NCBI RefSeq assembly: GCF_006345805.1
Contig: NC_043011.1
Span: forward strand, 21,030,464 to 21,094,463
Source of the DNA: Octopus sinensis
Lineage: Eukaryota
Direction: 5' to 3'
Length of the DNA stretch: 64,000 bases
Positions within the stretch are counted from its first letter, which is position 1; each line of letters begins with the position of its first letter. Of the stretch, positions 40,136 to 53,800 are shown in pieces. The translations under genes and the position numbers were made by a program. The notes beneath the pieces were generated by a model. That model did no database searches, was not told where the DNA came from, and saw only the letters and a list, made by a program, of their open reading frames with translations.

Positions 40136-41579
40136 ATCTCTCCACCCTGAAGACGGAGGCCAGATTTAGAGGAATGTTTACTTGCTTCCACTACTGGTTG
40201 CATATCCTTATATATATATAAATAAAAAAAGTATATATTTAATAATATATATAAATAAATAAGTATACAAATATTCTATAATTATAAACATAATTATTAT
40301 TAGGGATCAGCTAATTGCTTCACCACGCACTGAATTTAGAAATTTATGGTAGTAGAAAAAGCATTTAGCTCTTATTTCTAAATTCGGTGCATGGTGAAAC
40401 AGTTAGCTGACCCCTGATTATAATTATGTTTATAACTAAGCTAAGAGTATTAGATTCCTTGGAAGAAAGCAGCGAATGTATACAAAAACAAGGATGGAAA
40501 AAAATGGACAATGTTACGCAAATACAAATACAATGAAATTAATAACAGGACATAACAGCAGGTGTCTTTCAACTAAGGACGAATTGAATTAAGCTGGCGT
40601 GTGTGGAAATGAAGCCTTACGGCAGAAATACAGGATTTCACAAACACGGAAGAATATCGATTTTGCAATGTGAAATGAAGTGTTTTGCTCAAGAACACAA
40701 AGCATCTCCCTGTCCAAGAATCACAACCCATAGTAAAGAAACAGGTTCACATTACGTCTGTCTTTTGTGATGTCCATCAATAAGTCTCACGGTCAGACTT
40801 TAAAAGTTGCTGGTTTGCAATTAGAAGAGGACTGTTTTTCACACGGTCAGTTGTATGTTGAGACATCCAGAGTGGTGAGCAAGAACACTCTTTTCATTTT
40901 TGCCCCTGCTGGTAAAACCTGAAACATTGTCTATAAGGGAGATTTTAGCATGGGATCAACAGACTAAGATTAATAACTTTGAATTGATATTGTCAATGTC
41001 ACATATTCATCTAAGAAAAGCTATTTGTATGTTTGTTGTAATACTTAAGTTCAATAAATTATAGTACATGTGTTTTTAGTTTTCTCCAAACTTTTATTCA
41101 GTTATTTTGTACTAGTCATAAGCCGAAGTATGTGTGATGTTTGCTTCATTTATAGACTGAAATACTAGAGATCATAGATCAGAAGTTTATATGCACCCAT
41201 GAAGGAAACAGCTCTATTATCTACATGAAAGCTGACAGTCATTTCTTATAAATGTTCAATACAATCTAAGTAAATAACTTTCAATATTCAAAGTACAATT
41301 TTGGCAGCTTTTTTTTCAACCCAGTGAATGATGGGTTTCTGCTAGTATGCATATATATATATATTTATCATCATTATCATCATTGATTAATGTTCATTTT
41401 CCATGCTGGCATGGGTTGGACAGTTTTACAAGTGCTGGCCAGGGTGAAATTATATATATAGGGTCAGCCTACCTATGATGCAAGAAAGTGCATTGTGACC
41501 AGTGGTGTATAACATTTGATAGTCTGGGCCATACAGTGAGATATATATATATGTATATCTCATTTCCCACTACATACCT

Positions 41580-42900
41580 CTCTGTTTTGTTTCTCTATCT
41601 TTCTTTTTAGTTTTATGTATCTTAATTCTTTCCTTTCTTTTTCCTACCTCTTTTTTTTACCCCATTTTTTCTTCGTTTCATTCCCTCTCACAACTGTTTT
41701 TACTTTTCTTTTCTTCCTCTCTTTATACCTTCACATCTTTCACAGTTCCTTCCATTCTGTGCTTTCTTTCCTTCTCCTATCTACCCTCCTACCCTCGCTT
41801 TATTCTTCCTCTCTCTCCCTCTCCACCCTCTTCTCTCCTCTTCTACCCTCTCTTCTCTCTCTTCACTCCTCTCTTCACTTCCTTCTTTCTCCTTTACTTT
41901 CCCTTCCTCTCAGTTCTCACTCTCTTCCCCTCTCCCATCCCTCTGTTTTCACTCCCTTCTCTTCCTCGCAACCTCTCCCTCTCTGTTTTCCTCTTACTCT
42001 CTCCTCGGTTTTCCTCTCACTCTCTCCTCTACTCTCCCTATATCTTAGTTTATTCTCTCACTATCTAATCAGCTATTTCCTTTACATCCTTATTCTCTTC
42101 TTTTTATCTAAATTTCCTTTCCTCTCTTTTCACTCACGCCACCACCACCCTAATCTACTTCACCTTTCTGTCTCTCTCTCACACACACATGCACTTTCCT
42201 CTTTCCTTCAATCAACCCTTCATCAGTAAAAATCTATAAAAAGAGATATAATGTACTTGCTGAGGGGAGTGGGAATGCCTAATGTTTCAAGCAGAGGCTC
42301 TTCTTCAGGGAAAAGTTGAAAGGAGAGAGATCAGTGATAGACTGCAATAGTTGTACATTCTCCTCCAAATTTTAAAAAAAGAATCTAGTCCCTTCTACTT
42401 GAGCTCTCACCTTCCCTCTTTGTCATTCTTTTCTCTCCTACTCTGCTTCCTTCCTTCCTTTCTCCTTATTTTCTTTCTTTTTCCTTTGTCTTTGTCTTTC
42501 TGTCTTTCATTTTCTTTGTCTTTCTCTGTTTTTCTCTTTTTATTGCCTTTTTTATTTTAGTCTGTCTTTTCTTTCTTTCGTTCTTTCTTTCTTTTCTTTC
42601 TTTCCTTCTTTCTATCTCTCTTTTAGTCTGTCTGCTCTTTCTTTCTTTCTTTTTTCTTTCAGTCTTTTCTTTCTCTCTTTCTTTCTTTTCTTTCTTGCTT
42701 TCTTTCTTTCTTGCTTTCTTTATTTCTTTCTCTCCCCCCTCTCCTCTTCTATTTTAGCTCTCACTTTTCTCTCTGTATCTTTTCTTTCTCTCCAGCTTTG
42801 CTCACTTTACCCCTCCTCGCTTCTTTGTGACTTCTTTCCTGCTCCCTCCCTCCCTCCCTCTCCCCCTCTCTCTCTATGTCATCCCTTCATTTATTTATTT
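41580..42900. repeat. Polypyrimidine (CT/CTTT-rich) low-complexity tracts
   Basis: Visible directly at 41580-42220 and 42400-42890. Confidence 0.9.
42278..42310 (-). ncRNA. Minimal hammerhead-like motif
   Basis: CC CUGAAGA A GAGC CUCU GCUU GAAA CA UU AGG. Canonical core, weak helix I. Confidence 0.5.
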
Positions 42901-43349
42901 ATTATTATTTTTTTTTTGAAATGTCTATTGGCTGCCGAATTGGGGTTATACCAACTTGTGTATATGACATCTGTTTTCATTACTCTGGCTTTAAAATAAT
43001 ATATTCCTGTGGAAAAGCCTGTCTAGTCTCTTCCTCACCACAACTGGAAGAACTACATCCTGTGGTGGAAAGTGTTTAAATATCAAAAGTGTCATATTTA
43101 TTTCAACGGATGCTCATCACACTCGTCATCCACACCACCGACACCTCCTCCGCAACCACCAGTACCAACACTGTCTGTCACTGCCTGCACCACCACACCT
43201 GTAACCTCCATCAACTCATGTCCTCTCTCTCTCTCTCTCTCTCTCCTCTCTCTTCTCCCCTCTCTCCCCTTCCAGTCTGTTATATCAGAAACAGTAAAAT
43301 TTCAGAAGCTGTAAAATGAATGAATTAGGGTAGTGATAAGAGTTAATGT

Positions 43350-43604
43350 TCCTTTATAGTGTGTGTGTGCGTGTGTGTGTGTATGTGTGTGTGTGTGTGT
43401 GAGTGTGTGTGTGTGTGTGTAAATATATATATATATGTATGTATATATTTGTCTATGTGTATTTATAGGTATATATGTGTATGTATATGTGTTAGTAGGT
43501 ATTATATAATATTATATATATATATATGTATGTATGTATTTATAGGTATGTATGTATGTGTGTGTATATATATATATATTTATATATATGTATTTATAGG
43601 TATG

Positions 43605-43695
<91 letters not shown>

Positions 43696-43790
43696 ATATT
43701 ATTTATATATAATATATATATATAATATATATAATAATATATATATATATATATATATAAATAAATGTATGTATGTATATATATATGTGT
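43350..43790. repeat. (TG)/(TA) microsatellite
   Basis: Visible directly. Confidence 0.93.
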
Positions 43791-43949
43791 ATGATTTTTC
43801 TTGAGTTTTATTTAAGCTCTTAAGGGAGTTCAAACCAGTTGCTAATAAAGTGACAAGATTTTTTTTGCTAAGAGTGTTCCCAGTGTTTGTCAATATGTGG
43901 TCGTGTTGGTGTACTGGTTGAACTGTTGAAGCATACACCCAGGCACGTG

Positions 43950-45850
43950 CATCTATTCATATAAGAATCTCAGATGGTGAATTTTTGGAACGTCTTGCAG
44001 ATTTTATCTGTGCCACTAATAGATTGAATTTGATTTGGAGAATCTACATCAGTTTCTTTTGCTCTTTCTTCATGAAACTGAGTGTTTCTAGGATTTTGTG
44101 CAAATTTGTTGGTACATAACCTAATGCACCTATGGTATTAGAGCTGTAAGTTCCACATTAATTTGTCGTAAATGTTTTTTTTCCTGGACTTTTGATTGTA
44201 CATTCACATCCGCTGGGCAGCTGACCTCTACAACAGGGCATGACTTTTGTTCCCTGTCCCACAGAACAATGTCACATCTGCTATGTTTGATGCTTTTACT
44301 GGGGTGTTTCAGTATTCCTTGCTTTTAAAAGCATAAATACCTACTGTTTCTGACATGCCTTTGATGTATACATCAGGATACCCCTTCATGTGGATAGCAG
44401 TGTAGATTGTTTATGCAACTATATCATGTCTCAGGGACCGGTAATATCTCATAGATATTTTGGGGAAGCTGCTGATGATATAGGTGATATCTTCCTCAAT
44501 GGTATAGCAGAGCTGACATTTTCTATCACCCTGGAATTTCCCTGTTGAACGATTCGTGTTGCTTTAGTAGTTGTCAGTGATAACTGTGTGGACCATGTTG
44601 TGGTCAGCTTTTGAGTGGCATTCACTGTAGCAGCTGGTACTTTGGCAAGGTGTAGTGATTCTGTTGTCCATGAGCGAGACAAAAAGTCGAATGCCTTCTT
44701 GCTCTCTAGCCATAATGTTAAAAGGTTATGATGATGTTGCTTGGCTTCCTTAAGGACAGTTTTGTTGAAGAGTTGTTGTTCAGTGCAAACTCAGACCCCT
44801 ACTTTTCTTCTGCCAGTTCATCGGTTATCACACCATTTGTTTGGCAGTGGTCTTGGATAAACATTCAGACAAGGTGTGTACAGTTTGTACATAACATTCA
44901 ATAATGCTATGAGCCTTTGGGTTTTGACCACATGGGTCATTTTGTTCTTGGGAATAAGAGTAGTTCATATAACTGTCAGTGTATCTGGTATATCTAACTT
45001 AGTGTCCATTGTCTTTTTTAAACAGGTTTGTGAATATTTCCCCGTAGAGCATGAGCCTTTTGTATGAATAGCCTACTATCAGGTCTCTCCCAGGTGATTT
45101 TCTATTCAACAGTTTCATAATAACCATCAGCAGTGTTCCTCTAGTGATGTTATATATTTTGGGAGAGGCATTTACACAATATTCCTTTTATAGTTCAGTT
45201 AACCATGCTGATCGTGATTGTGTTCTTTGTTTACATTCCAGATTCCCTGCCAGAATGACTCTAGGTCTTCCTGGGAGGAACATTTACTACCTGGATGGTG
45301 GTGGTGAGCTGGCAGAATCGTTAGCACGCCGGGCAAAATGCTTAGCAGTATTTCGTCTGCGGTTACGTTCTGGGTTCAAATTCCGCCGAGGTCGACTTCA
45401 CCTTTCATCCTTTCGGGGTCGATAAATTAAGTACCAGCTACGCACTGGGGTCGATGTAATCGACTTAATCCGTTTGTCTGTCCTTGTTTGTCCCCTCTGT
45501 GTGTAGCCCCTTGTGGGTAATAAAGAAATTTATACTGTGATATACAGCTTGTGGGTTTCAGCAAACTTTTGGTTTATAATTTTTTTACAATTACAAAGTT
45601 TTTTATTTACCACTTGTAGATCATGTTTGAGGATGATCACTTTACCCATGAGTGTTTCTCAGCAGTAGCTCCCATAGCTTCCATACAAATTGGAGAATCT
45701 ATTATGCAGTTGCAGTTGGTGATTCGTTTTTACCTTTGCATTTGATGATAGTGTCCAGCTTGCCTATCATTTTCCTGAATTTGTTGATGTTATTTTGAAG
45801 GGAGGTAATCCATTTTGGCTCAGTATTATCATTTGACTTGGTCTCTCTTA
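43950..45850 (-). pseudogene. Relic of an RLE-endonuclease (R4/Dong-like) non-LTR retrotransposon, internally deleted, with a SINE inserted at 45300-45529
   Basis: Minus strand reads PKWITSLQ (~45820), LESFWQGIW, KSPGRD, TTLIPK, LNVMYKLYT, WLESKKAFD (44686-44712), CQLC...EDITYIIS...RHDIVA (44410-44520), HSRCDIVLWD...VVEVSCPAD...KVQEK (44170-44290) and IGALGYVP (~44110-44133). Confidence 0.78.
45300..45529 (+). mobile_element. SINE family B, representative copy. Others approx. 958-1436 nested pair, 14030-14270, 20020-20232(-), 30543-30750, 33905-34110, 34240-34460(-), 55757-55990(-), 60590-60780(-)
   Basis: gagctggcagaa.cgttagcacgccggg head, central gaggtcgactttgcctttcatcctttcggggtcgataaa domain, tail gccccttgtgggcaataaagaaat. 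Confidence 0.88.
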
Positions 45851-46689
45851 CTCTCATCTATTGGTGCACAGTTACTGAGGCACAGTATAGGACATTTATT
45901 GTCCAAAAGCTGGGAATTTGGATTTGTGCTATTTTCTCTCACAATTTTGTCAGTTGTGGATTACATTAGACTGGCGTGTTTTTCCCCAACTCCTATCAGT
46001 ATTGTCCTCCCATGCAGTGCCTTATGAATATAAGTAGTGAAGTTCTGCTTAAACTTTTATTAAAGCTTTTTTTTAATATTTTTTATATATTCCTTACTTG
46101 TTTTTGTGGGATCATAAGTGGTTGCCGCATGTCCATGTAGTGGTTGTGGTTATTGTTGTTGGTCATGTTTCTTGTTCATAATCTCTTCCCAGGAAAAAAG
46201 TTTACTGTGTTGTTAGTATGAATGCATTTTGGCTGGGTTATTTTATGTGGCAGGGTGGTACATTATAAGCAAACCAATTGTACCAGTTGTTCAGCAAAAA
46301 AATTGTCGAACCATCTTTCTTGCTCTATAGGAGTCTACCATTATATGTATATGTGTGTGTGTGTGTCATTTGTTCGGGAATTCTGAGCTTTGCCAATACT
46401 TTCTACAAAGCCTTCCTACATATAGAGTCAAAGGCTTTTGTATTGTCACCTCATACCACATAGAGGTCTTTATTGTGCCTCTGGGCCTTCTCTTGAACTT
46501 ATCACAAACTGAATGATATATCCACTGTTCCTCAACCTGGCCTAAACCTACACTAACTCTCTGGATAGACAGACCAAGTAAGTCTGTGTTAATCCTGTTT
46601 AAGATGACTCTAGAGAAGATTTTTTTCTTGCAACAGAGAGCAGCGATGTGCCATGGTAATCGTCACGTTCACACTTGTTACTTTTATGC

Positions 46690-48010
46690 TTATATAAATG
46701 TACAATTGTTGCATGCTAAATGTCATTGTGTCTCTACATAAAGATATGAAAGAAACCATTCTTTCAGATGGCAGTCAGTCTCAGCCTTTTGATGTTAAAA
46801 ATGGTACAAAACAAAATTGTGCTTTGGCACCTGTGTTATTTGCATTATTGTTTTCATTAAAGCTGGATTTGCTTTTTCTGATGTAGAAGAGGGTGTTTTT
46901 CTTGAACATAAGATGAGTGGCATCTTCAACCAACAGCATTTCAAAGCTAGGAGTAAAGTTGCTTCTCAAACAATAAGAAACTGTTTGCAGAGGATCGTGC
47001 CCTGGTTGCTCATACATTTGAGGACATCCAGCACATCATTGATAGATTTGCAACATTAGCCAGATCTTTTGGCTTAACTATCAGCATATCATCATCATCA
47101 TCGTTTAGCATCCGCTTTCCATGCTAGCATGGGTTGGCCGGTTCAACTGGGGTCTGGGAAGCCAGAAGGCTGCACCGGGCCCAGTCTGATCTGGCAATGT
47201 TTCTACGGCTGGATGCCTTTCCTAACGCCAACCACTCCGTGAGTGTAGTGGGTGCTTTTTACGTGCCACCGGCACGGGGGCCAGGTGAAGCTGGCAAACG
47301 GCCATGATTGGATGGTGCTTTTTATGTGCCACCAGTTGGGGCGGCGCTGGCAACGGCCACATTCGGATGGTTCTCTTACGTACCACCGGCACTGGTATCA
47401 CAGCTGCAATTTCCATTGATATTGATCGATTTCGATTTTGATTTGGATTAAATAAAAAAAAAAAGAAAAAGACTCAGCTCTTATATCAGCCACATCCCAG
47501 TAACAATCTAGAAATCTTGTCCAGCATGTTTATCGAAGGCAAAGCTCTGAAAACCATTCATGCTTTCACACATTTGAGTTCTACAGTAGCAAGTGATGCT
47601 AAACTCGATAGGGAGGCCAAAACATGTATTGAAACTGTCAGTACAGCTTTTGGGAAGCTTTGGAATGGCTATGATATCTCAGTAAGGACAAAAATTGACA
47701 TGTAAAAGTAAGTTGTCCTAAAAACTCTTTTCTATGCAGTAGAGCCCTGAACACTTTATTGCAGGCTCATTAGTCAGTTGACCAACATTCATATGAGATG
47801 TCTATGGCAAATACGCAAGGTTGAGTGAGCCTCGGGCTGACCAAAGCCTTGTGAGTGGATTTGGTAGAAGGAAGGTGAAAAATAGCACTATACTGGAAAT
47901 GTGTGGAATATCTGGTATAGAGGCTTTCTTGATCAAGTCTCAGATGCAATGGTGTGGACACATCCTTCACACAAATAATGGTTGAATACCAAAACAAATC
48001 TTTTATGATC
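46690..48010 (+). pseudogene. Decayed BovB-like RTE reverse transcriptase, interrupted by an RTE tail (47087-47450) and a SINE fragment (~47827-47870)
   Basis: Reads LHKDMKETILSDGSQSQPFDVKNGTKQNCALAPVLF, IFNQQHFKARSKV, FGLTIS|KKT, FTHLSSTVASDAKLDRE, QWCGHI...IPKQIFY. These resemble BovB-type RT motifs, with stops and frameshifts. Confidence 0.78.
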
Positions 48011-49516
48011 AGCTGGTAAGTTCACGACACAATGTAGACCAGTGCAAAAATAAAGAATAATTGGAGCAGGCACAAGAAAAGAGCAAAGATGGTAATTGAT
48101 CGCAAACAACAAGGTTTATCTGCAATAAATTGGTTACATGTCTACAATACACAGAATGTTTTAACAATTTTGTTTATGCTATTCCAAATAAATAACTAAT
48201 TATAAAAAAAATAATATGATTTTTTTAAACATCGGATGGCTAGGAGGGTACATCTAAATGAAATAGAAATCAAAGGGGTCCATAAGTAAAAAGAATGGTT
48301 GAGAGACACTGTGATAAAGGTTAGAGCAGACATATGCCTTTACACTGAGTTCAAATCCAACCATGGTCAGTTAATTTTCAATTTTTTTGTCCTTCTGGAA
48401 ATAGGTCGAAGATGGAGTAACTAAGATAAAATATGCCATCCATTGATGGTTGACTGATGATTGACTGCCCCCTCCTTACCCCTCCACCCCAACCAATCTG
48501 GCTTGCTGGTCTTGTTCTCTGTTGAAAGTGATTATATTTGGTCTCTTACAGCTTTTATCATCCTGACATTTACCTTTTTCCTTTCTTTCCTTTCTTTCCT
48601 TTTTCCTTTCCTTTATTTCCTTCTTTTTCTTTCTTTCCTTCCTTACTCTCTCTCTCTCTCTCTTTCTCGTCCCATATCGCCAATGTAATAGACACTTTCA
48701 GCTGTTGCTTTTCAAAAGCCAGTCTCTCATAAGTGACTGACATTTTTTTTTTGTTATTTTTTCAAATAGTTTCCTGTTTTAACACAATTGCTATATATTT
48801 CTCTTATTATTTTAAAAAAATTTATTTTCTCAATTGATATGTGTGGGTGGATGTGTGTATGTATCAAGGTGTGTGTGTGTGTATGCATGTGTGTGTATAT
48901 TCACGTCTGCATTCAGGTGTGTATGTGTGTATATATATATATACACATATACACCTATTATATGTGTGTGTATGTATGTGTGTGTGTATATATATATGTA
49001 TGTGTGTGTGTATATATAAGTATGTATATTTATGTCTGCAGTCAGGTGTGTATGTAAATATGTGTTCAGATGTGTGAATGCAAATGCATGATCAAGTATG
49101 CATATGTGTGTACCTTGGAATGAGTGTTTGGGTAAAAATAAAACCTAAAAATATTTTCTTGATAGGTTAAAGAGTTAAATTAATCATCTGTAGATAATTA
49201 CCCACCCATAGTATTATAGTTATGAATGACACCACATCACTTTATGTTGAGATTATTGACGGTGACTCTCTCTGTCTCTCTCAGCCTTACTCTTGTCAGG
49301 TATGCAACATAGCTGTGAGGATAATGAAGTTCCCATCACAACCAAATGATTTTTTGTGGTTTGATCCTATTACATGACACATGGGGAAGTGTTTTGTATT
49401 ATGGTCTTGGGTCAGACCAATGCTTTGTGAATGAAGTTTTGGTAAATAGAAACTATGGAAGCCTGTTGTGCATGTGTGTGTGTGAGCATGCATACATACA
49501 TACATACATACATACA

Positions 49517-51184
49517 TCTCTTATTATAAAAGGCAGATTTTATCTGCCTCCCTTTGTCAGTTATAGAAATCTACAATATAGGATTTCTTCAATTACAATT
49601 TACCTAGCATTTTTAAGAGTAGAATGCATCGGGTTTTGCCAGGTCCGGTTTTTAAAATTTCAACCCCAATTAAGCAAAATTTACAGAAAACTCACATTCT
49701 GGTGTGTATGTCAAATGCTTTTCTTAATGTGGTTTACACCACATGCAAACGCACACACACAGTGTGCAACGAATAAAATGAAAGTAATTAGAAGAGAGTA
49801 AATAGCGACAGAGTGATTTGAGGAAGACTAAACTGAAAGTATTTAAACCACTACTCAAAAAATAAAAAAACACAGCAAACAGAAACAAATAAATACATAA
49901 CGATTTACTCCTCACACAATTTCTTCAATTAGAGTTTACCTAAGATTTTTCAAAGTACTCCATTCGGTCATGCCATAATATATTTCTTTCAATTTCACCC
50001 CCAATTAAGACAAAATTCGAGAAAACTCAATATTTTAACATTTCACTCCGAAAGCATTGATGTACATGTGTGCATGCGTGAGTGTGTGTGTGTGTGTGTG
50101 TGTGTGTTTGATGGGTTGTGCGACACAGAAAGTGTGGTGTGTAAGTGAAGTGCTTTTGTTAGTGTGTGTAAAGAGACAGACAGAGTGAAAGACAGAAATA
50201 ATGAACTTTTTTTATTCACTTTTTGTAGTGAGTGACTGAGAGAGAAAAGAGAGAGAGAGGTTATGTATGTATATATGTATGTATGGCTTCAGTGACACAC
50301 ACACAAAAACACATACCTACGTACACCTAAAGCACGCACACACACACAAGCGGAGCGCGAACTTCAAAATTTTGGTAGTATTAATTTGCGAGCGTACTTC
50401 TAAGCGCGCGTAATTGAAAGTTTTCACTATGATATCATCACGTGCGAAAAAATTCGAAGGGTTTTGAACAATTGAGATGTCACGCCTGTATTGAAACCAT
50501 TGCTAAGCTGCCGTAATTGCTTAATTAAGACTTTGTTTAAATTGAAAGGGGCAAATATGTGACGAGGTTGAAAAAAAATACCCCAGAAAAAAAAATGTAC
50601 TGCTGGTATTTATATAATTCACTACTATTTTGCTACAATGTCATGAAAAAGAAAAAATTTAGGTATGTAAATCGAATTCGCCACCCCCTTTTCCCCGTTC
50701 ACGTTTGTGTAAAAAAAATTATTATTTAAGTTTTAAAAATTATTTACTTTGTTCAAAAAATATTAATATTAATTAATTTTCAAGAATTATTTAATTTTAT
50801 TCTGTAAAATAGTAATTAATTCATTTATCTGTAAATCCGCAAGGTTGTTACTCAGGCACCTAGAATGGTAACCTTCAACTAACACTATCTCCTCCGAGAC
50901 CCTGCGGCGCAAGTTGACCAAAATTGAGAGTATGGTAGAAGAAGGGTTGCTCTTCCTTCCGTAGAACATAAAATTCAAATCGGACCATGTTAACACCAAA
51001 AATTATTTACATCAAAAAGATGCTTTTTTCTATGAAAATCCCTATTTTTTACGATTTTTTCACTGCTGTGCCGCCACTTTTCGGTGTATTTCGACCAGAA
51101 AAATGTTCACAAAATTTTTACTTTTCAAAATTACAATTCCAGCGGGTCGAAACAAACCCGAGCAACGCCGGGCGATACTGCTAG
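49517..51184 (+). mobile_element. Non-autonomous Helitron
   Basis: 5' A|TC(tcttattataaaagg). 3' hairpin cccgagcaacgccggg (51157-51172) then CTAG|T at 51181-85. Inserted at an AT inside a (CATA)n tract. Confidence 0.82.
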
Positions 51185-51221
51185 TACGTACGTACGTATG
51201 TACATACATACATACATACAT

Positions 51222-51286
<65 letters not shown>

Positions 51287-51294
51287 ACACATAT

Positions 51295-51327
<33 letters not shown>

Positions 51328-51387
51328 GCAATGCGAGGACGTGGAACAATTAAAGTATTATTGACGCTTAGGAAAGAAGGGAGGGAG

Positions 51388-51422
51388 GGTTTAACGTTTC
51401 GAGCAGAGCTCTTTGTCGGAAA
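51388..51422 (-). ncRNA. Degenerate hammerhead-like motif in a dispersed mini-element (~51325-51470)
   Basis: GUUU CCGACAA A GAGC UCU GCUC GAAA CG UU AAAC. Helices I and II are perfect; the core has U4C and G8A changes. Confidence 0.5.
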
Positions 51423-53800
51423 CAAAGGAGAAGGAAAGATCCCGAGAAGGGAAGACAGAGGGAAAAAATTTTTTTTATATATATATCATCATCATCATCA
51501 TCATCATTTAATGTCTGCTTTCCATGCTGGCATGTGTTGGATAGTTTGACAGGAGCTGGCTAGGCAGAAGACTGCACCAGGCGTCACTGTTTTGGCATGG
51601 TTTTTACGGCTGGATGCCCTTCCCAACACCAACCACTCTACAAATTTATATATGTATATATATATATATAACTATTGACTAGACTATCAGATGTTGTCAC
51701 ACACCACTGTCCACAGCATGCAGCAGAAGCACATTGTTGTATCTTTCAAATGATGCCACTCTCCTGGCTAGGTGGGCAGCCCACAGCCAAACATTTCCTT
51801 GAACAGGACACCTGGCCAATACAGGGTTACTCATTTACAGCTTAGTGGACTATATATATATATATATATTCTCTTTTACTCTTTTACTTGTTTCAGTCAT
51901 TTGACTGCGGCCATGCTAGAGCACCGCCTTTAATCGAGCAACTCGACCCCGGGACTTATTTTTTTTGTAAGCCCAGTACTTATTCTATCGGTCTCTTTTG
52001 CCAAACCGCTAAGTAATGGGGACATAAACACACCAGCATCGGTTGTCAAGCAATACTAGGGGGACAAACACACACATGCACATATATGTATACATATATA
52101 CGACGGGCTTCTTTTCAGTTTCCGTCTACCAAATCCACTCACAAGGCTTTGGTCGGCCCGAGGCTATAAGTAGAAGACACTTGCCCAAGGTGCCACGCAG
52201 TGAGACTGAACCCGGAACCATGTGGTTGGTAAACAAGCTACTTACCATACAGCCACAATAAGAAGACAAAGAAGATTCTTTAACACACCTTTAATGATTT
52301 GTTACAATTGTTTCTGTACCAACTCTACTTGCAACGCTAATGATTCTGTCTCATTAGCATATTGTTTTTAGTTTCCATTTAACCTTGCTGTTCTGCCAAC
52401 GGACCTTAGTACATCATTATCATTGTCGTCATCGTCATTGTCCTTATTGTGATCATCTTTGTTGTTATCATCATGACCACCATCATCATCATCAATGCTG
52501 ACAATGGGTCAAGCTTGCTTGGATCCAAATAATCTTGGTCCACCACTCATTTCTGTATCCCATGACCTGTGACAGTTCTTCTCAGTAGCCTCCTGTGTTA
52601 TTTGTATGTTAACTGATTGGCATGTATCTTACCAGAAGGATCAATGTAATTTCAGAGCTGGGTTATAATTGCTGCTCCCTTTACAAGTGTATCTGTTAAT
52701 TTACATAATGGTGAACGTTTGATAAACTATTAAACCTTTACATGTTAGTAATTGTAACAAGTCGACTACCTCCATGTTTCAAATAATTTTTGATACAGTC
52801 AAGATTTTAGAGTAGTTTTAGTAAAAATATTGGTGAGTCTAACACACAATCTGGTTTAACCCCACCAACAATTTGTTACCTTCGTTGTTTTTAGTGGCAC
52901 TCGCTCTGATGTAACATTTTTAGAGCATACCTTCTTTCTTTTGTTCCCTCTCTCACCATATTTTCTCCTATAAGCTGAGCTTCATCTGCATCAATCTCTC
53001 ACTAGTCCAGGTGGGCCTACAAAGGTAATAGGTATTGGTCTTTCCTCCTGGGATAACTTACTAAAAGAAACATATTTTCTATTTTTGAGATGTAAGCATG
53101 GCTGAATGGTTACAAAGGCTGCTTCACAAGCATCTTGTTTCAGGTTTGATCCCACTGTGTGGCACCTTGGGCAAGTGTCATCTGCTATAGCCATTGGCTG
53201 ACAATGTTTTATGAGTGAAATTTAGGAGATGGAACTTGTATGAAAGGTTGTGTGTATATGTGTGCATCTATGCATGCACACGTGAATGCTGTTTCTGTGT
53301 GACTTCACAATGATGCAATTTAAAGTTGTAAATGCTATTTGCTCTATCTATTCAGGCTATTTAAGTCTCCTGCAAACAATGTATCTCATAGTTTAGAGGT
53401 TTCATTGGTTTCCCATGAAGCCCAATGGAATAAAAATAGCTTACTTGACTTGAAAAATCAAGTAAGGGTTGGTAACAGGAAGGGCATCGACCATAAAGTA
53501 ATTGCTTTAATAAGCCTTTGTCTCATGCCTAAATAGGATGCAGAGGAGCTGGCATGGGAGCCAGCAATGGAGAACACTGGTAGACCAGGTCAGCTGTACG
53601 CATGATGACATCTCTGGGACCACTGACCTGGGATGACCCCAGCCTCATTAAACAAGAGCATGAAGTGTGAAGCGAAGCATGCCAAAATGGAAAGAACAGA
53701 CATAATTACAATGATAATGTTGCTCAGTGAAAATAACAATAATAGTAAACTATTAACAATTTTCTTCTTGCAGCGTGGAAGGTGTTTATAAGCCATTTAA

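Noticed and set aside
40605-40645. gaagcc-ttac-ggc-agaaa stem resembling hammerhead helix II
   Set aside because: No CUGANGA-type core and no NUH site with helix I.
41615-42229. 204-aa Leu/Ser/Phe-rich ORF that looks hydrophobic
   Set aside because: It is a polypyrimidine tract, whose codons can only yield L/S/F/P.
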